Position numbers and translations under genes: made by a program
Shown: positions 41,671 to 53,223 of the stretch, one piece after another
Position numbering within the stretch: the stretch's first letter is position 1
Layout of the letters: each line of letters opens with the position of its first letter
Source of the DNA: Acidimicrobiia bacterium
GTDB lineage: Bacteria; Actinomycetota; Acidimicrobiia; Spongiisociales; JAHEDJ01
Length of the DNA: 64,000 nt
Direction: 5' to 3'
Assembly: GCA_035471805.1 (NCBI GenBank)
Contig: DATIPS010000050.1
Coordinates: forward strand, 9,244-73,243
Notes under the pieces: generated by a model
Databases searched by the model: none
Told to the model about the DNA's origin: nothing
Seen by the model: only the letters and a program-made list of their open reading frames with translations

Positions 41671-41698
41671 CCTCCCGATATCGGGAGGATTCACCTCA
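41671..41698 (+). terminator. Terminator-like hairpin after the PAP2 gene.
   Basis: CCTCCCGATATCGGGAGG: a perfect 8-bp stem lying 3 nt after the stop. Confidence 0.6.
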
Positions 41699-41972
41699 GT
41701 TCCCCACAACCCCCTCAAACCTATACCACCTGCCGCGAGATTGCGGGGAAGCCCCACGACAGCGAGCGCCCGGGTTGGAATCCGGACGCTCGTGCCCGAG
41801 CCCGGGCAGTCGCGAACACGCCGGAAGAGTCCTTGGGGAACCACGTGCTCTCCCTGCCCGGAAGGCCTCCTCGGTCCAATCGAACCCAAGGTACCAACTC
41901 GCCCCCAAATACTACGCAGAGTGGCCGCCTGGGGGAATGGGTCGTCCGGCCCATTTCGCCGGGCTTCTGACT

Positions 41973-42019
41973 TTCTCAGCAATACTGATGCTCTCAGGCA
42001 ACCACAGTATTGCTGAGAA
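41973..42019 (+). repeat. Copy 3 of the stem-loop repeat (same arms, divergent loop AUGCUCUCAGGCAACC).
   Basis: ttctcagcaatactg-ATGCTCTCAGGCAACC-acagtattgctgagaa lies in the 360-bp PAP2/downstream-gene intergenic region. Confidence 0.75.
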
Positions 42020-42180
42020 ATGTATCCGGCCTGGGAGGGAGCCCTACACTCACTCGATGTGAAGTCACGATCTCTGCTTCTCCTGGGTGGAATCCTCGCC
42101 GCAGCCCTGGTGCTGGCATTTCGGGCGCGGCAGACAACTCCGCCTGCAGTCCCGTCTGGAACGTGGACACCCAGCAACCA

Positions 42181-42936
42181 ATGAGGATCGCGCTTGCCGC
42201 TTCCGGTTCGCTGGGCCTGAGGTCCGGGCGGGTGCTTCTGGCCGACGCGCGTATCGGCTCGCTCGGAGTGCTGGGCAGGCAGTTCCAGTCCCAGGACTCG
42301 CGGGTCGTTTCAATCGATTCTCTCGACGGCTGGGACCTGGTCGTATCCGATGCTTCACCGGGCGAGGCTCCGTTCGAGGAGGCTCTCCGCACCGGGATCC
42401 CCCTCATCTCCCCTCACACCGCCGAAGAACTCGCAGAGGTAGCTGGAAGCGCCCCCATGCTCGCCGCGGCGTCTCCCCGCTCGGGACTGCCGGCTGCGCT
42501 CGTTATCGAGGCTATGGGCCGCCTGGACGCCGTTACGGCCGCCTCAGTTGCGATCACCGTCCCGGCCAGGCGAATCCCACATCGTTTCGCCGTGTCGTTC
42601 CCGACTCCCGTCGGCGGCCTGTGGTCGGAGAGAACCGACGCGCCCGTCTCGATCCCCAACGTTCCGCACTTTTTCGAGGCCCCCTACGACGGGCCGCTCT
42701 TCGGGATCACGGTGAGCGCCGAGGGAACCATCGCCGGGGAGTCGGCCACGGTCGTGCGCGGCATCGTCGACGATCCCGAGTTTCTCGCGGCTATCGCATT
42801 GGCCGGGGCTGCTTTGATGCTGATCGATGGCGCATTGCCCGACGGGACCACCGAGGTGCAGGACGAAGCTGCCTGCTATCTCGAAGCTTGTGCCGGCGCC
42901 GGAATGGGCGTGGCGTCGTTCAACCCCGGGTCTTAG
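42181..42936 (+). CDS. Hypothetical protein with an N-terminal Rossmann-like glycine motif (251 aa).
   Basis: MRIALAASGSLGLRSG... The track ORF (42010-) is N-extended. An upstream in-frame 41-codon signal-peptide-like ORF (GTG 42058 to TGA 42183) overlaps this ATG. Confidence 0.5.
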   Translation: MRIALAASGSLGLRSGRVLLADARIGSLGVLGRQFQSQDSRVVSIDSLDGWDLVVSDASPGEAPFEEALRTGIPLISPHTAEELAEVAGSAPMLAAASPRSGLPAALVIEAMGRLDAVTAASVAITVPARRIPHRFAVSFPTPVGGLWSERTDAPVSIPNVPHFFEAPYDGPLFGITVSAEGTIAGESATVVRGIVDDPEFLAAIALAGAALMLIDGALPDGTTEVQDEAACYLEACAGAGMGVASFNPGS

Positions 42937-43408
42937 CTACTTCCTGCGTGGGCTCGTCGAGGATCACCGACGGCTTCGCCGGGGGCGGAACCCCGTTCGA
43001 GGGCCAACCGGCCGGCACCCGGGGCTGGGGAGCCGACGGAACGTTCATCGTCTCCTCCAACACGACGACCTCGATGCCGCCGACCACATCGCTGACCAGG
43101 TTGTACATGACTGCGGTCAACGTCGTCATACCGGTCATGAACACGGTCCAGGCAATCGCCAGGAAGACGGAAGACCGGAGCAGTTGCTCGCTGTCCGGAA
43201 TGATGTTGGTCGAGTCGAAGAGGGCCAGTTCTGCGAAGAAAGTCTCGATCTTCTGAGGGATCTCAACGGCATTGATGACGGACCATACGATCACGAGACC
43301 GAGCACCAGAGCGAGACCCATGACGGTGTACAACACCAGCGAGACCTTCAAGACGGTCCACGGATCGAATTTTCTGATGATTCTGCGTACCCGTCTCACC
43401 GACGTCAT
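42920..43408 (-). CDS. DUF3566-family membrane protein (Rv0007-like, downstream of gyrA).
   Basis: Basic N-terminus MTSVRRVRRIIRKFDPWTVLKVSLVLYTVMGLALVL... and two TM helices; lies in the position of mycobacterial Rv0007. Confidence 0.65.
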   Translation of the reverse strand: MTSVRRVRRIIRKFDPWTVLKVSLVLYTVMGLALVLGLVIVWSVINAVEIPQKIETFFAELALFDSTNIIPDSEQLLRSSVFLAIAWTVFMTGMTTLTAVMYNLVSDVVGGIEVVVLEETMNVPSAPQPRVPAGWPSNGVPPPAKPSVILDEPTQEVAKTRG

Positions 43409-43516
43409 CGCACTCCTTGCTGAACGCCGCGATTGTACCGGCATCTGGCGATTGTCCGGGGGATACCGTCTCGTTCAACGTCCTGCGAACGCGCCCGGTT
43501 CCCGAACGGGGCCCGT

Positions 43517-45943
43517 TTACTCTTCGTCGTTCTCGACCGGAGCGAAGGCACTGACCGATACCCCTTCCGGCAATCTGATCACCTTGACGCCGCTTGCCTC
43601 GCGTTTCTGCCGGCTGACAGAGTCGACCTTCGTCCGGATGGCGACGCCGTTGGAGGCGATCACGAACACCTCCATGCCCTTGGTCACGGCCCGTGCCCCC
43701 GCGACGATGCCGCGCACTTTGGTCAGCTTGATCGACTTCACGCCTATTCCGCCCCGCTTCTGGTCGCGGAACTGATCCATTGCGGTCCGTTTCCCGTAGC
43801 CGCCGGAGGTGAGGATCAGCACATGGTCTCCGTCGGCGCTCGATGCCGCCGCCACGACCCGGTCTCCTGCCCTGAGCTTGATTCCGCGCACACCCTGGGT
43901 AGCCCGTCCCATCGGACGGAGCTCGGACTCCTTGAAGCGGATACCCATTCCGTTCTCGGTGAAGATGAGCAGATCGTTGTCGCCCATCGTCGTCCGAACC
44001 GCCACCACCTCGTCTCCCGCCTGGAGCTTGATGGCAACGAGGCTCGACTGGCGCGAGTCGTACTCGCTGAACAACGTCTTCTTCACCACACCCTTGCGAG
44101 TCACCATCACCAGGTAGCGCGAAGTTTCGTAGTCCCGGGTATCGACGATGGCCTCGACCCTCTCGTCCGGCTCAATTGGCAGGACCGCCTGGGCCAGCAC
44201 ACCCTTGGCCGTGCGCGCCTGGCGCGGAATGGCATGGGCCTTGATCCGGTGCACTTTTCCTTTGTTCGTGAAGAACAGGAGATACGCATGAGCGGTCGTA
44301 TGGACCATATGGTCGACGACGTCGTCCTCGCGCAGCTCTGCGGCCTTCACTCCCCTGCCGCCGCGTCCCTGTAGCCGGTAGGCGCCCGCCAGGACGGACT
44401 TCAAGTAGCCGCCGTTGCTCACCGTGACAATGAGCTCGTCGTCTGCGATCAGGTCCTCCAGGGAGAGGTCACCCTCATCGACAACGATCCGCGATCTCCG
44501 CGGCTCGGCGAACTTCTCCCGGATCTCGATCAACTCCTCCTTGATGATGGCCCTGCGCAGCAGCGGGTCGGCCAGAATCGCCTCGAGTTCGGCGATGATC
44601 GCGTGCTGCTCCGCCAGCTCTGCCCGCAGCTTCTCGGTTTCGAGGGCGGTGAGCCTCCGGAGGGGCATGTCGAGGATTGCGTTCGCCTGAATCTCGCTGA
44701 GCCGGAACCGCTCCATCAAGGCTTCCCGCGCGCTCGAGGTATCCGAGGACCCTCGAATGATCCTGACGACCTCGTCGATGTTGTCGACGGCGACGATCAG
44801 TCCCTCGAGGATATGGGCGCGGGCCTTCGCCTTGGCCAGACGGAACTGGGTCCGCCGCTCGATGACCTCCATCTGATGATCGAGGTAGTAGCCGATCAGC
44901 TCACCGAGGTTCAACGTCCTCGGGATGCCGTCCACCAGGGCGACGGTATTGACGCCGAAACTGTCCTGCAGCTGGGTCATCTTGAAGAGCTGATTGAGCA
45001 CGACCTGCGGAACGGCGTCCTTCTTCAGCTCGATCACGAGACGGGTACCCACCCGCGCTGATGAGTCGTTGCGCAGATCGGAGATCCCCACGATCTTCTT
45101 CTCGTGAACCAATGCGGCGATCTTTTCGAGCACCCTGTCCTTGGAGACCTGATAGGGAAGCTCCGTGACGACGATTGCGTTGCGGCCCTTCCGCACCTCC
45201 TGCACGTCGGTGACGGCCCGCATCTTGACCGACCCGCGTCCGGTCGTGAGCGCTTCCCGGATCCCGGCCGTTCCCACGATGTAGGCACCCGTCGGAAAAT
45301 CGGGCCCCTTCACAAACTGCATCAGGTCCTCGACCGACGCGTCGGGATTGTCGATCGCGTAGACGCAGGCGTCGATGATCTCACCGAGGTTGTGCGGAGG
45401 GATGTTCGTTGCCATTCCCACCGCGATGCCCTGGGACCCGTTGACGAGCAGGTTCGGGAACCTGGAAGGCAGAACCGTCGGCTCCTGATGCTCACCGTCG
45501 TAGTTCTCCGCGAAATCGACCGTGTCTTCAGCGATGCTCTCCAGCAGCTTGGTGGAGATCGGGGCTAGGCGGCACTCGGTGTAGCGCATCGCGGCCGGTG
45601 GATCGTCGATGGTCCCGAAGTTTCCCTGCGGATCGACGAGCGGGTGGCGAAGCGAGAAGGCCTGGCCCAGGCGGACCAGCGCGTCGTAGATAGCGTCGTT
45701 CGAGTGAGGATGGAACTTGGCCATCGTGTCACCGACGACGGTGGCGCTCTTCTTGTGGCGCGAACCTGCCCCCATGTTCGCTTCGTTCATCGCGTAGATG
45801 ATCCGCCGCTGAACGGGCTTCAACCCGTCGCGGACGTCCGGCAGGGCCCTCGATACGATGACGGACATGGCGTAGTCGACGAACGACTGTGCCATCTCAT
45901 CGTTGATGTCTATCTCGCGGATATTCCCGTGTGGATCGGTCAT
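43517..45943 (-). CDS. gyrA: DNA gyrase subunit A.
   Basis: ...[19 protein letters not shown]... and ...AAMRYTE... (the active Tyr lies in AMRYTE); 808 aa. Confidence 0.97.
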   Translation of the reverse strand: MTDPHGNIREIDINDEMAQSFVDYAMSVIVSRALPDVRDGLKPVQRRIIYAMNEANMGAGSRHKKSATVVGDTMAKFHPHSNDAIYDALVRLGQAFSLRHPLVDPQGNFGTIDDPPAAMRYTECRLAPISTKLLESIAEDTVDFAENYDGEHQEPTVLPSRFPNLLVNGSQGIAVGMATNIPPHNLGEIIDACVYAIDNPDASVEDLMQFVKGPDFPTGAYIVGTAGIREALTTGRGSVKMRAVTDVQEVRKGRNAIVVTELPYQVSKDRVLEKIAALVHEKKIVGISDLRNDSSARVGTRLVIELKKDAVPQVVLNQLFKMTQLQDSFGVNTVALVDGIPRTLNLGELIGYYLDHQMEVIERRTQFRLAKAKARAHILEGLIVAVDNIDEVVRIIRGSSDTSSAREALMERFRLSEIQANAILDMPLRRLTALETEKLRAELAEQHAIIAELEAILADPLLRRAIIKEELIEIREKFAEPRRSRIVVDEGDLSLEDLIADDELIVTVSNGGYLKSVLAGAYRLQGRGGRGVKAAELREDDVVDHMVHTTAHAYLLFFTNKGKVHRIKAHAIPRQARTAKGVLAQAVLPIEPDERVEAIVDTRDYETSRYLVMVTRKGVVKKTLFSEYDSRQSSLVAIKLQAGDEVVAVRTTMGDNDLLIFTENGMGIRFKESELRPMGRATQGVRGIKLRAGDRVVAAASSADGDHVLILTSGGYGKRTAMDQFRDQKRGGIGVKSIKLTKVRGIVAGARAVTKGMEVFVIASNGVAIRTKVDSVSRQKREASGVKVIRLPEGVSVSAFAPVENDEE

Positions 45944-45955
45944 GCGGTCCTCTGC

Positions 45956-47875
<1,920 letters not shown>

Positions 47876-48009
47876 TCAGCGTTCATCGATCTCAATAAAC
47901 GGGGCCGTCAAACGGCCCTAGCGAACGCGATTTACAATGGTGTGATTATAGCGGTTTCGGGTGCCTTTCCCAAGCTCCCTGAAGGCCGAAATCGCCATGT
48001 TTTACGCCT

Positions 48010-48309
48010 TCAACGCGACGGCGGAGGCCGCACCGTCACGCCGGTCACCGCCCCCTCCCCGAATCGCTCGTCCAGGCGTCTCAACAGGTCGCCAACCGAG
48101 TACCTGAGGAAGCGAACCGCAGTGGGAGAGGCGGCCTCTACGATCAGCTCGCCGTCCTTGACGACCACCGGATTCGATGCACCTGCCCAAGGTGCTCCGG
48201 CAATAGCCTCCCATTCCTCCATCAGCGTCAAGGTCAGGTCGACCCGGTCGAGTCCCATGGATCCCAACACGGACCGCAGCAGCGCGCCGACGGAATGGAG
48301 GTCGTTCAT
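48010..48309 (-). CDS. dciA: DUF721/DciA-family protein (Rv0004 position; putative replicative-helicase loader).
   Basis: Small basic protein between recF and gyrB; ...LVVKDGELIVEAASPTAVRFLRY... is the DUF721 core. Start is the ATG overlapping the recF end. Confidence 0.6.
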   Translation of the reverse strand: MNDLHSVGALLRSVLGSMGLDRVDLTLTLMEEWEAIAGAPWAGASNPVVVKDGELIVEAASPTAVRFLRYSVGDLLRRLDERFGEGAVTGVTVRPPPSR

Positions 48310-49403
48310 TTGATGCTTCCGTTTCCGACGGTCCACACATGGCCTTCGATCGGAACCTCTTCGAAACGAGCGGTCGAAATGAACGTCTGGGCTGCCGGCA
48401 GCGCCCCGGCCAGTGCGTCGGCCCGCTCCCGATCCAGTTCCGAGAACACGTCATCCAGCAACAGCACCGGGGGTTCGCCGATCGCGGCGGCGATCGCCTC
48501 GTGAGAAGCAAGCCGCATGGCCAGCATCAGCGTGCGCTGTTCGCCCTGGCTTGCCTTCGACCTGGTATCCCGCCCGTTCAAAAGGACAACAGGTTCGTCC
48601 CGGTGGGGCCCGACCGTGGTCACCCGCCGGTCCCGATCGATGCGGTCTCGCTCTTCGAGTGCTGCACGCAGCAGGTGCTCCCTTTCAGAGAGTTCCGGGG
48701 CGGTGGAAAGCACTCCACCCCAACCCGAAATGTACTCATAGGTCACGTCGGCTTCATCTCCGGCCAGTCTCTCATAGGTCGGCCTGACCCAGGGCTCGAG
48801 GGCTTCCACCGTCTGGGCCCGGCGCTCCATCACCTTCGCGCCTGCCTGTGACATTCTTTCGTTCCAGACGCTCAGCGTCGTCGGGTCCGCATCCCTACCT
48901 TCCTGACGGAGCAACGTGTTCCTTTGCCGAACGGAGCGCTCGTACTCCTGCTGATCGAGGTAGGCGCCGGGCCACAACTGCACCGCGGTTCTATCCAGGA
49001 AGTCTCGACGATACGCCGGCCCTCGCTTCACGATGTCGAGATCGTCCGGCAGGAACACCACAACGCGGAGGTGCCCCAGAAGGTCGCCGGATCGTCGCGG
49101 CCGCTGGCGGTTGACCTGCACCCGCCGCCTTCCCCGGCGTGGGATCTCGACTTCGATCAGCGAGGAGCTATCGCCACGGCGGACCGTTCCCCTCACGACG
49201 GCCGCCTCAGCATCATCGCTGACCAAAGCCGCATCTGCCGCGTTTCGGAACGACTGGAGGGATGCGAGATAGGCGACCGCCTCGAGTACGTTCGTCTTGC
49301 CGGACCCGTTCTCCCCGACGAGGACATTGATGCCGGGTTCCGGCTCCAGCCGCACGTGCGGGTACGAGCGAAATCCGGTCAGCTCGACCCAGTCGACGCG
49401 CAA
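48306..49403 (-). CDS. recF: DNA replication and repair protein RecF.
   Basis: MRVDWVELTGFRSYPHVRLEPEPGINVLVGENGSGKTNVLEAV... (Walker A) and C-terminal ...LLLDDVFSELD... signature. Confidence 0.95.
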   Translation of the reverse strand: MRVDWVELTGFRSYPHVRLEPEPGINVLVGENGSGKTNVLEAVAYLASLQSFRNAADAALVSDDAEAAVVRGTVRRGDSSSLIEVEIPRRGRRRVQVNRQRPRRSGDLLGHLRVVVFLPDDLDIVKRGPAYRRDFLDRTAVQLWPGAYLDQQEYERSVRQRNTLLRQEGRDADPTTLSVWNERMSQAGAKVMERRAQTVEALEPWVRPTYERLAGDEADVTYEYISGWGGVLSTAPELSEREHLLRAALEERDRIDRDRRVTTVGPHRDEPVVLLNGRDTRSKASQGEQRTLMLAMRLASHEAIAAAIGEPPVLLLDDVFSELDRERADALAGALPAAQTFISTARFEEVPIEGHVWTVGNGSIK

Positions 49404-49404
49404 G

Positions 49405-50490
49405 TCAGATCCGGACGGGCATCAACAGATAGAGGAAGTCCTTGGCGTCGACGCCCCGAATAACGCTGGGCTTGAGGCCGTCGATGACCTGGATCTCGAC
49501 CCTGTCGTCCTCGATCGCCGACACACCATCGGCCAGGTAGCGGGGATTGAAGGCGATCAGAACCTCTGCGTCCTCTCCGGAGAACTCGCCCGGCAAGTGC
49601 TCTGCCTCTCCGCCGACATCCTGGCGGGTGACGGTCATCTCGACGCCACCCTCCATGAGCTTCAGACGCACGGGAATGTGATCCTCGGCTACGAGGGCCG
49701 CCCTGGAGAGCGCCTCGAGCAGCGCTCCCTTGCCGACTATCACTCGATTCGGATAGGACTCCGGGAGAAGCTGCTGATAGTTGGGGAAACTACCCTCGAT
49801 CAGCCGGAGGGCGAGTGTTCCACGATCCGAGCCGAAGGCGGCCTCACGCGTTCCCAACGCCATCCGGACCTTGGAGGAACCCACGGTCCTGCTCAGCTCC
49901 CGCAGTCCCCTCGCCGGGATCAGCCCCGTGGACGCCGGAGTGACTCCCGGAAGGTCCCTGACCGCCAGGCGGTATGAATCCGTCGCCACGAGACGGGTCC
50001 CTGCGCCGGTGGACTCCACCAGCACGCCGGTGAGGATGGGCCTGGCCGAGTCTCCGCTGGCGGCAATGGACACCTGTGCGACGGCTGCAGAGAGCAGGTC
50101 ACCGTCGAGCTCGATCGACTCGGAGAAGTCCGGGTCCGCCAGTTGGGGGTACTCGTCCACCGGCAACTCCCGGAACTTGAAAGCCGGACCGGCTCCCAAT
50201 ATCTCCACCTCGCCGTCGTTGGAACCAAGCGTCACGGCTCCCTGCGGCATCTTGGAGACCGCTCCGTCGGCGAGTTTGGCCGGGATTACGGTCGATCCTT
50301 CCTCGAGGACCTCGACCTCTGCCGTTGTACGAACGGTGATCTCGAGATCGGTGCCGGTCACTCGCAGGGTCTTGCCACTGACCTCGCACAAGACCCCCTG
50401 GAGAATCGGCAGCGCTGCTCGTGGTCCGACGGCTCGGACAGCACGAGAAAACACATCGGCGAGATCGTCTCGTTCCGCTCGGATACGCAC
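49405..50490 (-). CDS. dnaN: DNA polymerase III beta sliding clamp (GTG start).
   Basis: 361 aa with three-domain clamp architecture (...LPILQGVLCEVSGKTLRVTGTDLEI...). Abuts recF. Confidence 0.95.
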   Translation of the reverse strand: MRIRAERDDLADVFSRAVRAVGPRAALPILQGVLCEVSGKTLRVTGTDLEITVRTTAEVEVLEEGSTVIPAKLADGAVSKMPQGAVTLGSNDGEVEILGAGPAFKFRELPVDEYPQLADPDFSESIELDGDLLSAAVAQVSIAASGDSARPILTGVLVESTGAGTRLVATDSYRLAVRDLPGVTPASTGLIPARGLRELSRTVGSSKVRMALGTREAAFGSDRGTLALRLIEGSFPNYQQLLPESYPNRVIVGKGALLEALSRAALVAEDHIPVRLKLMEGGVEMTVTRQDVGGEAEHLPGEFSGEDAEVLIAFNPRYLADGVSAIEDDRVEIQVIDGLKPSVIRGVDAKDFLYLLMPVRI

Positions 50491-50671
50491 GGATGTCTAT
50501 CCCTTCTGATATTCAATAATTACGGTAGTAGTAGTAATAGGCCTTGTGGATTGTTGAGAACCCACACATAAGGCCTGGTCGTGAACCCTTTCCAGTGCCC
50601 ACAAGGATTGGGGACAACCGGGAGGATGCTCACAGGGGTGGCCAGCGTAGACCAGAACGTGTGGATAGGAC
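50491..50671. promoter_or_regulatory. oriC: dnaA-dnaN intergenic region with DnaA-box-like 9-mers and an AT-rich stretch; candidate oriC or part of it.
   Basis: TGTGGATTG (50545-53), TGGGGACAA (50609-17), TGTGGATAG (50660-68); AT-rich TGATATTCAATAATTACGGTAGTAGTAGTAATAGG (50507-42) in an otherwise 68% GC genome. Confidence 0.55.
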
Positions 50672-52045
50672 TCACGTTGTCCGCAGCTCCTGGGACAGCG
50701 CGGTCACCCGCTCGAAGACGGAGTGATCGGTCTGGAGGAGTCCCTTGACCTTGTCGACCGCGTGCAAAACGGTTGAGTGATCCCGATTGAACAGCAGGCC
50801 GATCTGTGGAAGAGAGAGGTCGGTGAGCTCCCGGCACAGGTACATGGCCACCTGACGAGCAAGGACGAGCGGTTGGCGACGGCTCTTGGCGCGCAGATCG
50901 GCGGCGGAGAAGCCAAATCCTGCTGCGGCGCGATCCATTATCTGATCGGCGGTCAGGGGGCGCGGCGGCGACGACGGGACCAGGTCCTGGAGAACATCCT
51001 GAGCCATCTCGAGGTTCACCAGCTGCCCGGTGAGACCGGCGAAGGCACTAACTCTCGTCATCGCCCCTTCGAGCTCGCGGATGTTGTCTGCGACGTTCTC
51101 GGCGATGAAGAGCAGCACGTCCTCGGGCAGCGGATGAGGAAGCGACTCCAGGTTCATCCGGAGAATCGCCAGGCGCGTCTCGACGTCCGGCGGCTGGATA
51201 TCGGTCAGCAAACCCCACTCGAAGCGACTCCGCAGGCGATCTTCCAGTGTCCTCAAGTGACGCGGATGGCGATCAGAGCTGATGACCATCTGTTTTCCAG
51301 ATTCATACAGGTTGTTGAAGGTGTGAAAGAACTCTTCGAGGATCTGTTCTTTGCCTTCGAAGAATTGAACGTCGTCGAGCAGGAGGACGTCGGTGGTGCG
51401 ATACCGGGTCTTGAACTCATCCATTCGCTTGCTGCGGATGCCGTCGATGAACTCATTGAAGAAGTTCTCCGACGAGACGTAGCGTACGACACGGTTGTCG
51501 TCGAGTTCCAGTACATGGTGGCCGACGGCTTGAAGGAGGTGCGTCTTGCCGAGGCCGGCGCCTCCGTAGATGAACAGAGGGTTGTAGTGGGTGCCGGGCT
51601 GCTCGGCCACTGCCATGGCCGCGGCATGGGCAAAGCGGTTGGATTGGCCGACTACGAAATGCTCGAATGTGTAGCGGGGGAGCAAACGGCTTCCGGGCCG
51701 GTTGAGCCGCCGGTCGGCCGGCCGAGGGCGGGGAGGAAGGTCCGGCTCGGCTACCTCCGGTTCGGGGTCCTCGTCGAAGGGAAGGGTCATGGTTCCCGTC
51801 TCTAGTTGCACGGCGACACCGGGTCCGAATATCGCCAGGGCGGCCCCTTCGATGGCCTCGAGGTGCTTGTCCGCTATCCAGCGCCGGTGGAAATCGCTCG
51901 GCGCAACCAGGGTCAGTTCCTCATCGACCGGTTCTCGGAGGTCCAAAGGGGCGAGCCACGTTTGCCACGTAACTGGGGAGACCCGATCCTGCAAAGCGGT
52001 GCGGAACGAACTCCAGGCGCCTGTTGCCGATTGCGTCTGTGTCAA
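50672..52045 (-). CDS. dnaA: Chromosomal replication initiator DnaA.
   Basis: AAA+ motifs (...NPLFIYGGAGLGKTHLLQA..., ...LLLDDVQF...), C-terminal HTH ...LPQIGLLFNRDHSTVLHA...; 457 aa. Confidence 0.97.
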   Translation of the reverse strand: MTQTQSATGAWSSFRTALQDRVSPVTWQTWLAPLDLREPVDEELTLVAPSDFHRRWIADKHLEAIEGAALAIFGPGVAVQLETGTMTLPFDEDPEPEVAEPDLPPRPRPADRRLNRPGSRLLPRYTFEHFVVGQSNRFAHAAAMAVAEQPGTHYNPLFIYGGAGLGKTHLLQAVGHHVLELDDNRVVRYVSSENFFNEFIDGIRSKRMDEFKTRYRTTDVLLLDDVQFFEGKEQILEEFFHTFNNLYESGKQMVISSDRHPRHLRTLEDRLRSRFEWGLLTDIQPPDVETRLAILRMNLESLPHPLPEDVLLFIAENVADNIRELEGAMTRVSAFAGLTGQLVNLEMAQDVLQDLVPSSPPRPLTADQIMDRAAAGFGFSAADLRAKSRRQPLVLARQVAMYLCRELTDLSLPQIGLLFNRDHSTVLHAVDKVKGLLQTDHSVFERVTALSQELRTT

Positions 52046-52509
52046 CGCTCTCCTCCAACTTCCTCACTAACAATGTCCACAGGTCTTTCCACACCATGTG
52101 GAGAAGCCTTGCCGCCGGCCGGAGCGCAGACCGTTCGGGGAGCGGGCCGCGCACGGCTACATATGTTTCAGCACGAGGGAAGTGCCCGGTGGTTCAATGT
52201 CCTGCCGGCGGAGGCGGAGTATATGGCTTCAGCACCCACCTCCTCAAGACTGCGAAATCTGTGCTTGTGGACTACTTGTGTACGGCGGGTGCGATACCAT
52301 TTAGCCTGGTCAGGGCACATATTCGGCTCGCCTAGACTGAGCAAAGAGGCCCGATTTGTGGACAATTCGGGCGGAAACGGGTTTTCGCGTGTTAGCCAAA
52401 TTTCTCGCGGAGCGAACACAAGTACGGTCTGCGTGCCCGGCGGCCTTTGACAAAGGGTGCTCTCCCTCCGTAACCTTCCGCCACCTCTTCCGATTCGGAG
52501 ACTCCCTCG
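52046..52509. promoter_or_regulatory. dnaA upstream / rpmH-dnaA intergenic region carrying multiple DnaA boxes (dnaA promoter and possible oriC half).
   Basis: Perfect Mycobacterium-type box TGTGGACAA (52357-65); near-consensus AATGTCCACA (52072-81), TGTGGAGAA (52097-105), TTGTGGACT (52265-73). Confidence 0.6.
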
Positions 52510-52644
52510 ATGAAACGCACATACCAACCAAACGTGCGCCGACGCAACAAGAAGCACGGGTTTCGCGGCAAGATGCGAACCCGGGCGGGTCGCGCCATTA
52601 TCAAGCGCCGCCGCCAAAAAGGCCGGAAGCGAATCGCCGTCTGA
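52510..52644 (+). CDS. rpmH: 50S ribosomal protein L34 (44 aa; below the ORF-track size cutoff).
   Basis: [44 protein letters not shown] is canonical L34. Confidence 0.95.
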   Translation: MKRTYQPNVRRRNKKHGFRGKMRTRAGRAIIKRRRQKGRKRIAV

Positions 52645-52648
52645 GGCG

Positions 52649-52972
52649 GTGTACCTCTCGCTGCGGACCGCTACCCAGTTTCAAGATGTGTTTCGACTCG
52701 GAACCCGCCGCCGCTGTGGCGGGGTGTTGGTCGTCCAGGCGCCCGGGCCATCCGGACCCCCGCGGGTCGGGTTTGTGGTCGGGCGCAAGGTAGGAGGCGC
52801 CGTGCAACGCAACAGAGCGAAGCGGCGACTCCGGGAGGCGGTACGGAACGTACCGCTCGAGCAAGGGACCGACTATGTGATAGTCGCTTCCGAGGCGGTC
52901 GTTCACACCCCGTTCGACCGTCTGACCAGATGGCTCACAGAGGCCATCGCCAGTGAGGAGACAGAGGCGTGA
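52649..52972 (+). CDS. rnpA: RNase P protein component.
   Basis: Small basic protein directly after rpmH; ...[23 protein letters not shown]... is the RnpA RNR motif. Confidence 0.85.
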   Translation: MYLSLRTATQFQDVFRLGTRRRCGGVLVVQAPGPSGPPRVGFVVGRKVGGAVQRNRAKRRLREAVRNVPLEQGTDYVIVASEAVVHTPFDRLTRWLTEAIASEETEA

Positions 52973-53223
52973 CAGATACGAGGGCCGGCTTCGGCCCCGC
53001 AGGTTTGGCCCAGGGCTTGATCCGGGTCTACCAGAAGGCGCTCTCCCCCGTTCTGGGGAGGAACTGCCGGTATCAGCCGACGTGTTCTCGCTACACCTAC
53101 GAGGCGATTGGCCGATTCGGTCTTCTCCGAGGAGGATGGATGGGGATTCGCCGCATTGGACGCTGTCACCCCTTCAAAGAGGGTGGATTCGATCCAGTTC
53201 CTGAAAGAGAGGAGACCAGCTGA
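52969..53223 (+). CDS. yidD: Membrane protein insertion efficiency factor YidD.
   Basis: ...[35 protein letters not shown]... is the conserved YidD core. Confidence 0.9.
   Translation: MTDTRAGFGPAGLAQGLIRVYQKALSPVLGRNCRYQPTCSRYTYEAIGRFGLLRGGWMGIRRIGRCHPFKEGGFDPVPEREETS

Noticed and set aside
41700-41960. Searched the PAP2-downstream intergenic region for tmRNA, RNase P RNA and a cobalamin riboswitch B12 box.
   Set aside because: No tRNA-like 3' end or tag-reading frame. No GGAAAGUCCGGGCUCC or ACAGAAUCCGGCUUA P4 motifs. GCCGGAAGAGTCC does not match the B12 box (GAGACC).
42087-43256. 389-aa plus-strand ORF overlapping the 42181-42936 gene and the DUF3566 gene.
   Set aside because: It spans two convergent, better-supported genes in another frame; the translation is Arg-rich and low-complexity.
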